This document shows positions 30,599-41,299 of a stretch of 64,000 nucleotides of DNA, piece after piece. The DNA comes from Vicinamibacterales bacterium (GTDB lineage Bacteria; Acidobacteriota; Vicinamibacteria; Vicinamibacterales; UBA2999), in the NCBI GenBank assembly GCA_041394685.1, contig JAWKHU010000061.1, positions 4,684 through 68,683 of the forward strand. Reading direction: 5' to 3'. Numbering within the stretch: position 1 is the first letter of the stretch; every line of letters begins with the position of its first letter. The translations under genes were made by a program, and so were the position numbers. The notes beneath the pieces were generated by a model that was not told the DNA's origin, did no database searches, and worked only from the letters and a program-made list of their open reading frames with translations.

Positions 30599-31765
30599 TC
30601 ACCAGGTGACGACTTCGCGCGCTTGAAGACGCGGTCCGACGACCTGGTCCGATGCGGAGATGCCCCGCTTCTCGAGCCAGAAGGTGATGTTCGACTTGCC
30701 CGACATCGGGCCGATCTCGATCTCCTGCTCGCGGCCGACGAGGCTGGCGGGGACCGCCGAGTAGACGGCGTCCATCAGGTCGCGATCGCCCTTCTTCCAC
30801 GCCTTGACGACCGCAGCGGCGTGAACGCCCGTCGCGGTGCGGAACGCGTCGCGCCCGACGACCGGATAGTTGTCGGGAATCGCCACCCCACACGCATCCG
30901 AGACGACGTGGCAATACTCCTCGAGACGCGCCAGGTCGCGCTCGACGTAGCCCATCAGCACGAGGTTCACCAGCAGCAGGTCCATCGGCGTATTGCCGAC
31001 GCGCTCGCCGATGCCGAGGGCGGCCGCGTGGACGCGCGTGGCCCCGGCTTCGAGCGCCGCAATGCTGTTCATCACGGCCAGGTCACGATCGCGATGGCCG
31101 TGCCAGTCGATGCCCACCTGGGCGCCCGACTCACGGATGACCAGGCAGAGTCCGACCACCGCCGACGCGCCGACGGGCGTGGCGTGCTCCACGGTGTCGG
31201 CCACGCAGATGCGCGTGGCGCCGGCATTGATGGCGCACGTGTAGATCGCCCGCAGCGTCTCCGGGTTCGCGCGCGTGGTGTCCTCGGTCACGTACATCAC
31301 GTCGAGGCCCTCGCGCACCGCGAAGGCAATCGCCTGCTCGGTGGTCCGGAGCAGCCACTCGAGCGTCCAGCCCTCGGTGAACTGCCGGATGGGCGACGAC
31401 CCGATGAACGCGCAGCACTCGATCGGCAGGCCGGTGCGCTGGGCGATCTCCACGACGGGCCGGATGTCGTTCTCGTGGGTGCGCGCGGCGCAGTTCGCCT
31501 TCACCGACAGCCGGGCGGACACGATCTCCTGCGCCAGCCGTTCGACGTCGGCCACCACGTGCGCGCCGGCGCCCGGCAGGCCGATGTCGGCGGTGTCGAT
31601 GCCGAGCGAGTCGATGAGGTGCAGGATCTGGATCTTCTGCTCGATGGTCGGCGTGCGCACCGACGGCGACTGCAGGCCGTCGCGCAGCGTCTCGTCGTCG
31701 AGCATCACGAGGCCGGGCCGCGGCGGCGCCCCGATGCGGTTCCAGTCGAAGATGAGCGAGTCCAC
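30599..31765 (-). CDS. 2-isopropylmalate/homocitrate/citramalate synthase-family DRE-TIM enzyme without the LeuA regulatory domain (GTG start at 31765, or ATG at 31705)
   Basis: C-terminal 389 aa of ORF 30599..32938: MLDDETLRDGLQSP, ECCAFIGSSP, IDWHGHRDRDLAVMNSIAALEAGATRVH, GIGERVGNTPMD. Confidence 0.82.
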   Translation of the reverse strand: MDSLIFDWNRIGAPPRPGLVMLDDETLRDGLQSPSVRTPTIEQKIQILHLIDSLGIDTADIGLPGAGAHVVADVERLAQEIVSARLSVKANCAARTHENDIRPVVEIAQRTGLPIECCAFIGSSPIRQFTEGWTLEWLLRTTEQAIAFAVREGLDVMYVTEDTTRANPETLRAIYTCAINAGATRICVADTVEHATPVGASAVVGLCLVIRESGAQVGIDWHGHRDRDLAVMNSIAALEAGATRVHAAALGIGERVGNTPMDLLLVNLVLMGYVERDLARLEEYCHVVSDACGVAIPDNYPVVGRDAFRTATGVHAAAVVKAWKKGDRDLMDAVYSAVPASLVGREQEIEIGPMSGKSNITFWLEKRGISASDQVVGPRLQAREVVTW

Positions 31766-31800
31766 CCGCGGCGGTGCCGGTCTCCCCCGGCGGGCCCGCC

Positions 31801-33404
31801 TCACGCACGGGCGGCCCCCAGGTAGCGGACGACGAGCACCGTCACGTCGTCGTACTGTTCGGCCCCGTGCGCGAACTCCTGGACCGCATCGACGATCTCC
31901 TGGAGCACGTCGGCGGCGGGGCGTCCCTGGTTGCTGGTGATGACGTCGATGAGCCGCTCCTCCCCGAACTCCTCGCCCTCCACGTTGTGCGCCTCGGTGA
32001 CGCCGTCGCTGTAGAGGACGACGGTGTCGCCCGGATCGAGCGCGAGGCGGCTGGACGTGTAGGCGGCGAAGTCGAAGAGCCCGACGGGCACGCCGTCGGC
32101 CTCGAGCCGCCGCAGGCCGCCCGCGCCGTACACGAGCCCGGGGTTGTGGCCCGCGCTGCAGTAGACGAGCTCGCCCGACGGCGACAGCTGCCCGTACAGG
32201 GTCGTGGCATAGCGGGCGCCGATGGCGCGCCGGGTGAGGACCTGGTTCATCCGCGTGACGGTCTCGGACGGGTCGTTGCCACTGACCGCGAACGCCGAGA
32301 AGATGCCCATGATCTTCGAGGTGAGGAGCGCCGCGGCGGGCCCCTTGCCCGAGACGTCGCCGACCAGGAAGGCGAAGCACCTGTCGTTGAGCTCGATCAG
32401 GTCGTAGAAGTCGCCGCCGATCGCGCGGGCCTGCACCGAGGTGCCGCTGGACTCGAAGAACGGCCCGTTGTGCGTGCCCTCGGGCAGCAGCGCCCGCTGG
32501 ATCTCGGCCGCGATGCGCAGCTCGTGCTCGATGCGCGCCTTCTCCAGCGTCTCGCGGTAGAGGCGGGCGTTCTCGATGGCGACGCCGGCCTCGGTGGCGA
32601 GCGTATCGAGCGCGACCCGCGTGTGGGGCGCCAGCAGGCTCCCCTTCTCGCGCGAATCCAGGTACAGCACGCCGATCGACTTGGTCTCGCTCGGCATGTC
32701 CTTCCGATCGAGATACCGCACGAGGCGCAGGGGGCACACGCCACGTGCCGGATGCCCAGGGCCACCGTCCCCATGCACGCTCGCGAGGTCGCCGTCGAGC
32801 AGGTCGGCGACGATGCGCACCTCGCCCGTGCTGAAGACCTCCTCGGGCACCTTGCGGCTGGTGGCGAACCGGTTGCCCGGCAGCGTAGCCGCGCGAGCGC
32901 GCGAGCTTCATCCCGAGGCGCATCACCCGACAGTACATTGCTGCGCCTGGCGCGCCCGGTCACTGGATCGGTGGTGTCGAGGACCAGCGCCAGCACCTCG
33001 TCGAGCACGCGGCCCGAGCCGAGCGCCCGGAGCCCCTCGAGCAGCGCCGCCAGCTGCCGCAGGTCGCTCACGCCGTCGCCGGGTTGCGCTCACCGGACGG
33101 GGCCAGGTCCCCGTCATGAACACGACCTCGGTGCCCGCCGCCCGCCTGAATCTGAGCTGGTCGCCGCTCACGAGGCGATGCTCGGTGACCTGCTGGTCGT
33201 TGACGAACGTGCCGTAGCGCGAGCCGCGGTCGCGGAGCAGGAAGTCGCCGTTCACCGACACGATCTCGGCGTGGTCGCGCGAGACGTCGCTGCCGGTCAG
33301 GCGCACGTCGTTCTCGGTGCGCCGGCCGATCGTCAACTGGGCTTGTCGATCGGGATCACCCGGCGGCCCAACCCGTCGTTCAGTTCCAGGCGCGCGTCGG
33401 ACAT
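31801..33404 (-). pseudogene. FHA-GAF-PP2C (SpoIIE-type) serine phosphatase (2-3 frame changes as assembled)
   Basis: MSDARLELNDGLGRRVIPIDKP + LTIGRRTENDVRLTGSDVSRDHAEI...GSRYGTFVN form the FHA domain. LLEGLRALGSGRVLDEVLALVLD...LYLDSREKG form the GAF domain. GGDFYD, VGDVSGKGPAAAL and LYSDGVTEA form the PP2C domain. Confidence 0.8.
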
Positions 33405-33619
33405 GGCTTGCAACTGCCCACGTAGCCCGCCAACTGGAACATCCGTGCGGCCGCCGCAGCGGCCGCGGCCAGCGCGGCGCCGAGCGGCACGAGCCGTGGC
33501 TCGGGAGGCCCGCGCCGTGTGGCCGGGGCGGATCCGGGGGTTCCTGGCAGGGCGGTGCCGCACCGATAGCAGATCAGCGCGTTGTTGGCAATCTCGGTGC
33601 CGCAGGACCGGCAATTCAT
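33380..33619 (-). CDS. Zinc-ribbon protein with one TM segment (3' end overlaps the FHA gene start; C-terminus uncertain)
   Basis: MNCRSCGTEIANNALICYRCGT carries two CxxC motifs. A P-rich linker follows, then LVPLGAALAAAAAAAARMFQLAGYV. Confidence 0.55.
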   Translation of the reverse strand: MNCRSCGTEIANNALICYRCGTALPGTPGSAPATRRGPPEPRLVPLGAALAAAAAAAARMFQLAGYVGSCKPCPTRAWN

Positions 33620-33643
33620 GACACGATCTTTACTGACCTCAGC

Positions 33644-34414
33644 ATGATCCTCTCAAGGACGCGTCATCCGTCGCGTACCCGTCCCGCACCAGGCCGATCA
33701 TCGTCCTCGACCGCGCTGGTCTTCCTCTACCAGGTCTCCCTGCCCGAGCGCGGCGTCGAAGCCTTCATCTTCACCTTCGGGCTGATTCCCGCCGACTTCT
33801 CGGTGGCGACCATGTTCACGTCGATGTTCGTGCATGGCGGGTTCGGGTCACGTCGCGGGCAATCTCCTCTACCTGTGGATCTGGGACAACGGAGGACCAG
33901 CTCGGACACGGGCGCTTCGTGGCGTTCTATCTCGGCACGGGCGTGGTCGCCGCCCTGGCGCAGACCGCCATGGACCCGGGCTCGCAGATACCGATGGTCG
34001 GGGCCAGCGGCGCGATTGCGGGCGTGATGGGCGGCTACTTCGTCCTCTACCCGCACTCACGGGTGCTGACGCTGTTCCCCTTCCCGCTGATGCTCTCCTG
34101 AGGCTCGCCGTCGTCCTGCTGGGCCTGTGGTTCCTGGACAGCCCTCAGCGCAGGCGGGCAGCTCGCTGGCGGCCGCGAACGGTCAGGGCCTCCGGGCGGC
34201 GTCGCGTTCTCGGGCGCACGTCATGGGGTTCGTGGCGGGGGTGCTGCTCGTGCGGCCTGCGCGGACGGCCGGAACGCGAGCGCGCGGAGGGTGGAGAGTC
34301 CTCGAGGTATCCGGTGAATTCAGAATGACGAATGCAGAATGGTTGGAGCATTGGGACGCTCGCTTCAACTGCGCTGGCGGATCTCCTGTGAGACGCGCGC
34401 GAGCTCGATCATGA
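33644..34414 (+). pseudogene. Rhomboid-family intramembrane serine protease (at least 3 frame changes; end lies between 34328 and 34414)
   Basis: Fragments: [10 protein letters not shown]...[45 protein letters not shown]...[20 protein letters not shown] (GASG catalytic Ser), WAHVMGFVAGVLLV. Confidence 0.75.
34314..34341. repeat. Four tandem NNGAATK heptamers in the rhomboid/C13 convergent zone
   Basis: GTGAATT CAGAATG ACGAATG CAGAATG. It sits in a locally AT-rich patch. Confidence 0.5.
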
Positions 34415-35379
34415 GCTTCTCGTAGGCCGCCTGCCACTCGTCGGCGGGCATGTCGTCCTTCTGCTGCTTGAGCTCCTCGGCCCTGGCCTCCAGCGTGCGG
34501 CGCTGCCGGGGAGGAGCTTATGAGCTCGGGGTTGTCGGCGGCGGACACCGGCTCGGCATCCGTGTTCCACAACCGGGCCATCGACCCGTCCGGGCCCTCG
34601 CCGCCCTGCTCGGCTCCCTGCCCGTCACCGTTGTCGTCGAGGAGCGCGCGCTCGGTGGTGAGCTGTCCGCGCTGCTCGTAGTGCTGCTTGACGGCCACGC
34701 TGGTGGCCTCGAAGACCTCGAAGACGGACGTGCGGCCGTTCTTGTCGAGATCGGTGGACGCCTCGCCCAGCGCCTTGACGAAGTACTCCGGAAAGACGGT
34801 GGCGTACTTCTGTGCGGCGGAGTTGGTCGCCGTGATCACCACGCGCCCCTTGGCCTTGAGCGCGTCGAGGAAGGGGAAGCTCGCCTCGGTGGTGTTGACG
34901 ACGATCAGGCGGCCGGCGACGCCCGACAGCATCTGGTTCCATTCATCGGCGGTGAGATCGCGGCCGACGAGGTTGAACTTGGCGACGTTGCCGTCGTAGG
35001 TGCCGTGGCCGAGCAGCACCAGCAGCACCATGTCCTCGCGCGCGCTGGTCTTGCGGATTTCGTCGAAGATGGCCGTGACGTTGGCCGCGCTGCTCGTCTT
35101 CCCGCCCTCCACCGACTCGTCCACCAGGACGCGGACGTGGCCGGCGTCGAAGCCGTGGCGCTCCACCAGCGCCGTCTGCAGCGCCGCGCGCCACTGCTCC
35201 ATCTGTTCCGCGCATTTGTCGCCACCGGAGGCGCCGGACACGATGACGGCCCAGCGCGTCTCCGCGCGGGCGGCCACGGGGGCCGCGGCCGCCATGCACA
35301 CCAGCAGCAGGCCGGTCAGCAGGCGACGGCACACCGCCCGACGGCGGTCACTCGAGGCGGTGCGTGTGGTTACGCACAT
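34365..35379 (-). CDS. Secreted peptidase-C13/caspase-fold-like protein with C-terminal coiled coil (one frame change near 34510)
   Basis: Signal LLTGLLLVCMAAAAPVAARA. WAVIVSGASGG...MVLLVLLGHGTYDG...RLIVVNTTEASFPF. After the frame change the tail reads RQRRTLEARAEELKQQKDDMPADEWQAAYEKLMIELARVSQEIRQRS* (stop 34365-67). Confidence 0.7.
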
Positions 35380-35428
35380 CCCACCCCATCTGTATCGTCG
35401 GCGTTGGCGCGTCGGCCCCGGGCCGGCA

Positions 35429-37645
35429 TCAGGCGAGCCCCGCGCGGCGGCGCAGCATCCATTCGGCCGCCAGCATCCCCATGATACCGAGCAAGGTCCA
35501 GACGTTGTGCCACAGGTCCCGGAGGTCGGTGGTCTCGACCGCCTGCGCGCTGTCGCGAATGAGCGCCGCCACCCGGTCCACCTCGTCCATCCGCACGTAC
35601 ATCCCGTTCGACGCAGCCGCCAGCCGCTGCAGGACCGGTTCGTTGAGCCGGAGGTCGGTCATCTCGAGATCGGAGCCGCCCGCGAGCACGTAGCGGGTGG
35701 AGGTGCCGAGGGACGCCGACTCCCGGCGCGCCTGCACGTCGATGCGATGGACGCCGGCGCCCTCGAACCGCACGGCCGCCTCGTACCGTCCATCGTGCGG
35801 GTCCACGATGGTGGCGTTCACGGTCCGTGTCGCGCCATCGGGACCGGCCAGCGTGACGGCGACGTCGGCATCCGCCACGGGCTCGAAGCGCGCGTCCCGC
35901 ACCGTGACCGCCACGGTCTCGGTCGAGCCTGGCACCGGCACGGCCAGCGGCGCCACGGTCACCGCGCCCGGCGCCGGCGCGGCGAGCCAGCGCACGAGCT
36001 GCCGCCAGATCGTGTCGTAGGCGGTATCGGACGCGGGCCGCATCATGCGCCACCGCCACGACGCCTCGCCCGCGAACACCATCGTGCGTCCCTGGCCGTA
36101 GCGCTGCACCGCGATCAGGGGGTGGGCCTGCCTGCCCGGGCTTGCCGTGACCGCCAGCACCTGAGCCCCGGGACGGGGCCCCCCGACCAGCGACACCGAC
36201 GCCAGGGGCGGCAGCTCGCGCCAGAGCGCACGGCTCGCGTCCACCGAGGCCGCCAGCCTCGTGGCGGGGTGTGCGGCGCCGTCGCGGGTTACCGCCGGCG
36301 CATTCACCGCCAGCCCCTCTCCCCCCTCGGGCGTCTCGAACTCCGTGCGCCGGTCCGTGAGGTCCAGCGGCAGCGCTTCCGCGAGCGGCGTGCCCGACAG
36401 GCCCTGCCGCTCGAACGACCGCGCGCCCAGCACGAGCAGCCCGCCGCCGCGCTCGGCCACGAAGCGCGAGGTCAGGTCGAGTTGTTCGCGCGTGAAGAAG
36501 TCGGCCTCGACGTTGCCGAAGACGATCGCGTCGTACTGGAACAGCGCCTCGCGCGACGCGGGATAGCCGGTCGAGAGCGCCGCCGCCCGGCTCTCGGCCG
36601 CCTGCACGAAGAACGTGTCCCGCCCGTCGTCGTCCTGCCCCTTGCGCACGACGGAGTCCACGTCGAGGCCCTGGTCGGCGGCCAGCGCCCGGCGCAGGAA
36701 CGTGTGCTCGAAACCGGGAGCGCCCTCCACCATGAGGATGCGCCGCCTGGCTTCCTGGGGCGGCACGAGCACGCTGCGGCTGTTGTTGTCGGTCGAGGCC
36801 TCGCCGGCCACGCCGGGGATCTGGACGGTGTAGACGGTCGGCCGATCCGCATCGGGCGAGACGGTGAACACCTCGTGGACCGGCGCCCCATCGGCCGCCG
36901 GCGTGATGCGCCGGACGTCCACGGGCCGCCCGTTCGCGCTGAGGCGCACTTCGACGGGGTCGGTGCCGAAGCCGCGCGCCACTGCCGACACGCTCAGGTC
37001 GATGGACGCCTCGGGCAGCAGCGCCTCGCCGGCGGTGAGGTTCACCACCTCGCGATCGCGCGGCGGGTCGGCCGAGCCGGTGCCGACCGTGAACAGGTGC
37101 AGGGCCCCCAGCGCGCCCGGTGAGAGCGGCCGTGCCGACGTGTCTCCGCCATCGGACAGCACCACCAGCCCCGGAGGCGGCTGGCTGCGAAAGCGTTCAG
37201 CGGTGTCCTCGATGGCGGCGGTGAGATCGCTGCGCCGCGCGGTGGCCTGCATCGGGCCGTCGGGGCGCGGCCCCACCGACTCACCGAAGGTGAAGACCTC
37301 GGTCCTGAAGCGCGGTCCCAGTGCGGCCTCGAGCCGGCCCAGGCCTTCCTCCGCGCGCGACAGCCGGGTGGCGCCGTCGCCGTCGGGGATGCCCATGCTG
37401 CGCGACACGTCGATCAGCACGGGCACGGGAATCTCCGGCATCGCGTCGGACGGGACAACGGCCACGGGCCGCAACAGGGCGATCACGATGAGGAGCAGCG
37501 ACCCCGCGCGCAGGGCCGTCAGGCCCACCCGCTGGCCGGGCGTGAGCGCGACGCTGACGCGCAGGTAGGCCAGCCAGGCGAGAAGGCCCGCGGAGCCGAA
37601 AGCGATCAGGTAGCCCCACCAGGGGAGCGCGACGGCGAAGCGCAT
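35429..37645 (-). CDS. Membrane-anchored VWA plus class-I-glutamine-amidotransferase-like protein (Bat-operon type)
   Basis: Intact 738-aa ORF with two N-terminal TM helices. The VWA domain reads VLIDVSRSMG...VVLSDGGDT. The GATase-like block reads ILMVEGAPGFEHTFLRRAL...YDAIVFGNVEADFF...GGGLLVLG. A C-terminal TM helix reads VWTLLGIMGMLAAEWML. Confidence 0.8.
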   Translation of the reverse strand: MRFAVALPWWGYLIAFGSAGLLAWLAYLRVSVALTPGQRVGLTALRAGSLLLIVIALLRPVAVVPSDAMPEIPVPVLIDVSRSMGIPDGDGATRLSRAEEGLGRLEAALGPRFRTEVFTFGESVGPRPDGPMQATARRSDLTAAIEDTAERFRSQPPPGLVVLSDGGDTSARPLSPGALGALHLFTVGTGSADPPRDREVVNLTAGEALLPEASIDLSVSAVARGFGTDPVEVRLSANGRPVDVRRITPAADGAPVHEVFTVSPDADRPTVYTVQIPGVAGEASTDNNSRSVLVPPQEARRRILMVEGAPGFEHTFLRRALAADQGLDVDSVVRKGQDDDGRDTFFVQAAESRAAALSTGYPASREALFQYDAIVFGNVEADFFTREQLDLTSRFVAERGGGLLVLGARSFERQGLSGTPLAEALPLDLTDRRTEFETPEGGEGLAVNAPAVTRDGAAHPATRLAASVDASRALWRELPPLASVSLVGGPRPGAQVLAVTASPGRQAHPLIAVQRYGQGRTMVFAGEASWRWRMMRPASDTAYDTIWRQLVRWLAAPAPGAVTVAPLAVPVPGSTETVAVTVRDARFEPVADADVAVTLAGPDGATRTVNATIVDPHDGRYEAAVRFEGAGVHRIDVQARRESASLGTSTRYVLAGGSDLEMTDLRLNEPVLQRLAAASNGMYVRMDEVDRVAALIRDSAQAVETTDLRDLWHNVWTLLGIMGMLAAEWMLRRRAGLA

Positions 37646-37662
37646 GTGGGCCCGGTCCCGGC

Positions 37663-40600
37663 TTACCGGGGCTTTCGAGGTACGGCGAGCGACTCGTAGT
37701 AGCGATCGACCATCTCGCGGTAGGTCTCGGACACTCCCTGATGGCCGCCGGCGTTGAGGCGCTCGCGGGTTTCACGTTCGCGCAGCTGCCCGGCCAGCCG
37801 CGTCTCGGCGCGTTCGATCGCGGCAAGGAGGTTCTGCTTGAGGGACTCCCAGCGCGAGAAGTCCTGTTTGAACGGCTCGGTCCCCGGCGCGGACAGGCTC
37901 GGGTACCAGTCCTCGGGCGTCGACGCGCCGCCGCGCATCTCGGGATTCTGCTGGCGCATCTCGCCGGCCAGCCGCTGGGCCTCGGCCATCTGGCTCTGCG
38001 CGTCGCGCTGCAGCCGCGCCAGCCGCTCGGCGCGGCCCGCGGCCGTGCCGCCCTGGTCGCCACCGGGCTGCGCGCCCCCTTGCGTGCCCGACGGTTGGCC
38101 CTGCTGGCCGGACTGACTCGACCTGGAAGGGTCGCCGGGCTGGCCGGCCTGTTGCCCCTGTCCCGGCGACGCGTTCGGGTCCTGACCCGGCTGTCCGGGC
38201 TGGCGGTCGGCATCGGAGCCCGGACGCCCGCCCGGTTGGCCCTGACGCGCCTCCTGTTCGAGCGCGTCGATGGAGCGCTGCAATTCGCCAATGCGGTCCC
38301 GGAGCTCGCTGGCCCTGGCCAGCTCATCCGACAGCCTGGTCGTCTCGGCATCCGCGGTCCCGGCGGCGTCGCCGAGATCCCCCGCGATGCGGTCCAGGGC
38401 CCGCGCCAGCTCGCGCCCCTGCGCGGCCTGCCCCTCGGCGCCCTTCTCCCGCAGCGCGTCCGCCGACGCCCGCATCCGCTCAGCCAGACGTTCGCGCGAG
38501 ATGGCCTCCGCCGCCTCACGCGCGGCCTCGCCAAGTGCCGCCTGTTCGTTCCCCGCGCCGGCGCTGCCTCCAAGCTGCCGCGCAGCGTCCTGCAGCTGTT
38601 CGGTGCGGCCAGCCAGGCGCTCCTGCTCGCCCGCCAGCCGCCGGCGGGCCTGTTCACCGGCCGCCCCTGGCTGCGCGCGGTCGGCCTCGGCCGCGAGCCG
38701 GCGCTCCGCGTCCGCCAGCTGCCGGGCCTCGTACTGCAGGTCGCCGGTGAGCCGGCGGCGTTCGTCGGGCCTGGCGCGCTCCATCTGTCGCGACAGTTCG
38801 CGCAACTGCTCGGCCGCCTGGCCGCTCCGCGCGCTGGCCTGGTCCGGATCCTCGCGGCGGAGCTCGCTCGCCGCCCCCCGCATCTGCTCCGCGATCTCCC
38901 GCAACTGGCGACCGTTCGACGCCTGCTGCCCGCTCGATTGACCGGACGCCTGCCCGCTCGACTGGCCGGACGACTGCTGTCCGGCCTGCGAAGCCCCGTT
39001 GCGATCCTGCTGCGAGCGCTGCTCGTCGGATGGCTGCGATCGCGCCTGCTGCTGTTGCTGCAGCTCCTGCGACAGCGCGTTGGCCTGCTCGGTGAGCTGC
39101 TGCTGCTCCCGCGTCAACCGCTCGAGCTGCCGCCGGATCTCCTCTTCGGCGAGCCGCTCGCGGTTCCTGGCCAGGTCCTGCTGCGCGCGCTGCAGCGCCT
39201 CCTGCCGGCGGGCCAGCTCGCGAATGCGATCCAGCGGGTCGTCGTCGGGCTTCGACTCCTCGCGGGTCTCGGCAGCGTCCGGCGTCTCGTAGTTGGTGGC
39301 CTGCTGCTGGCGCAGCTGCTGGTCGAAGAGCGTGGACAGGTCGGGCGTCGGGCGGTTGCCGCCGCCGCCACCGCCCTGCTGCTGCCGGGCGACCTGGCGC
39401 TCCTTGACGTCGGAGTCCGCCTTCAACAACTGCTCGAGGGCCGTCATCTCGTGCGGCAGCGCGTCGGAGGTGCTCAACCGGTCCAGCTCCCCCGTGGCGC
39501 GCCCCATGGCCTCGACGGCGCGTGCGAGGGGGTCGTCTCCACCCGGCAACTGCGTCTGTCCCGGACGCGGACGACGCCGGCGCGGATCGGCCATCGCCGC
39601 CGCCAGGTCACCCGCCGACTCGCTGGCCCGTTCGCGCAACTCGCGCTGCGCGTCGGCCACCGCCTTGATGTCGGCGGCGGAGCGGGCGTCGCGCGCCCGG
39701 CGCGCCCGCGCGTCGAGCTTCCACGTCGCCGCGATGATTTGCTTCTGGGCTTCGGCCAGGTCCTGCAGCTCGGGGTCGCCCTGCATCCCCATCGCCTGGC
39801 TCTGCGCGGCCGTGAACACCTCCTCGAACGGCTTCACCTCGAGGAAGTAGATGTCGCTGCGGGCCTCGGTCGTCCGCCGCCCCTGCCCGACGTCCCGGGC
39901 GCGCGCGTAGTAGGTGACGAAGTCGCCGGGCCGCACACCCAGCTCCTCGAGGGCCATCAGGTGCTCGCCGCCGGCGGCCAGGGCACGACCCGTCCGGAAG
40001 GGCACGACCGTGTCCTTCTGTCCAGGAACCTGGAACACGAGTTCGAGCGACGCGAGGCCGAAGTCGTCGTCGGCCCGGATCTCGATCGGCACCTCTTCGA
40101 GCGGACTCACCTGCTTGTCGCCACCCGGGCGCAGCACACGCACGTTGGGCGGCCGGTCGTCGAGCATGCGGATGAAGTACTCCGTGTCGCCCGGGTTCTC
40201 GAGGCCGTCTACGTCGGTCAGGGCGACGCGGTAGGCCGTCGGCCGCAATCGGCAGCCGCGCGGTGAGGGCGGCGGCACCCGGCTCGACCGCCACACGGCT
40301 ACCGTCGGCCATGGTCAGGGCCGCGGTGGCGATCGGCTTGTCGGTGGTGATCGTCAGCTCGACCTCGGTGCCCTCGGGCCCGTAGATGTCGCCGCCGTCC
40401 TCCTCGACGCGCGGCTCGAGCCCCAGGCCACGGGGATAGCTGTAGCGCACGTCGATGCGCCGAACCCTCGCGGGCCTGATGACCTCGATCGCGAAATCGT
40501 CGGAGCGCGCGGGACCCGCCGTCACGTAGTAGGAGAAGCCCGTGGCCACGCGTTCGATGGTCGCCGCATAGCCGCCGTCGTCGGTGGGCGACATCGTGAT

Positions 40601-41278
40601 GAGCGCGCCGGGCTCCCCGTCTCCCACCGCCAGCGATGGCACGAGCCCGTCCTCGATGCCGTGCAGGCGTGCCGTAATCGTCACCGACTCGCCCGCACGC
40701 ACCTTGGCGGTGCCGGGCGTGACGTCGATCTGCACGCGCGACGGAAACAGGTAGGCGGCCGTGACCGACAGGCCGCGGCCCAGCGTCGGCGCAAACGACA
40801 CACTCGCCAGCGCGAGCGCGGCGGTGGCAACGGCCGCTCCCGTGGCGGCCCGCCGCAGCAGCGCCGGACTGATGATGCGATCGACCCCGACCTCGTCGAT
40901 CCGCTGCGCGGCCTCGCGCGCCAGCGCATCCGACACCAGCGTCTGCTCTCCGCCGTGCTGCACGGCCGTGACGACGATGTCGTCGAGACCGCCGGACTGC
41001 TCTTCGACGTAGCGCGCGAGCTGGATGTCGGAGGGAGGCCGGCGCAGCGGACGCGCGGCGGCGATGAGCGTGACCGCCACCAGTGCCGTGACGATCAGCG
41101 TCACGACGGCGAGCGCCAGGCCTTCGGAGGCGAGCAGCCACACCGTCAGCCAGCCGACGCCGAAGAGCATGGCCGCGGCGGCGGCGCCAGCCGACCACGC
41201 GCGCAACCGGACTCCCCGGACCCACCGGCGCCGGACCTCGGCGAGAATCGCCCCGAGCGTCTCCGGTCGATGGTTCAC
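37663..41278 (-). CDS. Giant DUF4175-family membrane protein (about 1200 aa; one frame change near 40250)
   Basis: ORF 39608..41278 supplies MNHRPETLGAILAEVRRRW and 2 TM helices. It joins ORF 37663..40296 at ...ARLPIAA/TAYRVALTDVDGLENPGDTEYFIRMLDDRPP. The C-terminal half is a Q/E/R/A-rich coiled coil ending ...YREMVDRYYESL. Confidence 0.8.
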
Positions 41279-41299
41279 TGCTTTGCCTATCCTACGCGA

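Noticed and set aside
37281-38657. A 458-aa same-strand alternative-frame ORF inside the DUF4175 coiled-coil region.
   Set aside because: It is R/P/A/S-rich and arises from frame-shifting a GC-rich repetitive coding tract. The in-frame DUF4175 reading continues to a family-typical C-terminus (YREMVDRYYESL).
37741-40266. An 841-aa + strand ORF opposite the DUF4175 gene. Similar long antisense ORFs occur at 35000..37123, 40661..42892, 19655..21586, 16918..18384, 26212..27582, 13899..15245, 23736..24662, 30434..31825 and 31774..33621.
   Set aside because: All lie antisense to, or out of frame with, genes that have clear family motifs. All have R/A/G/P-dominated low-information sequences typical of non-coding frames in high-GC DNA. 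None has independent support.
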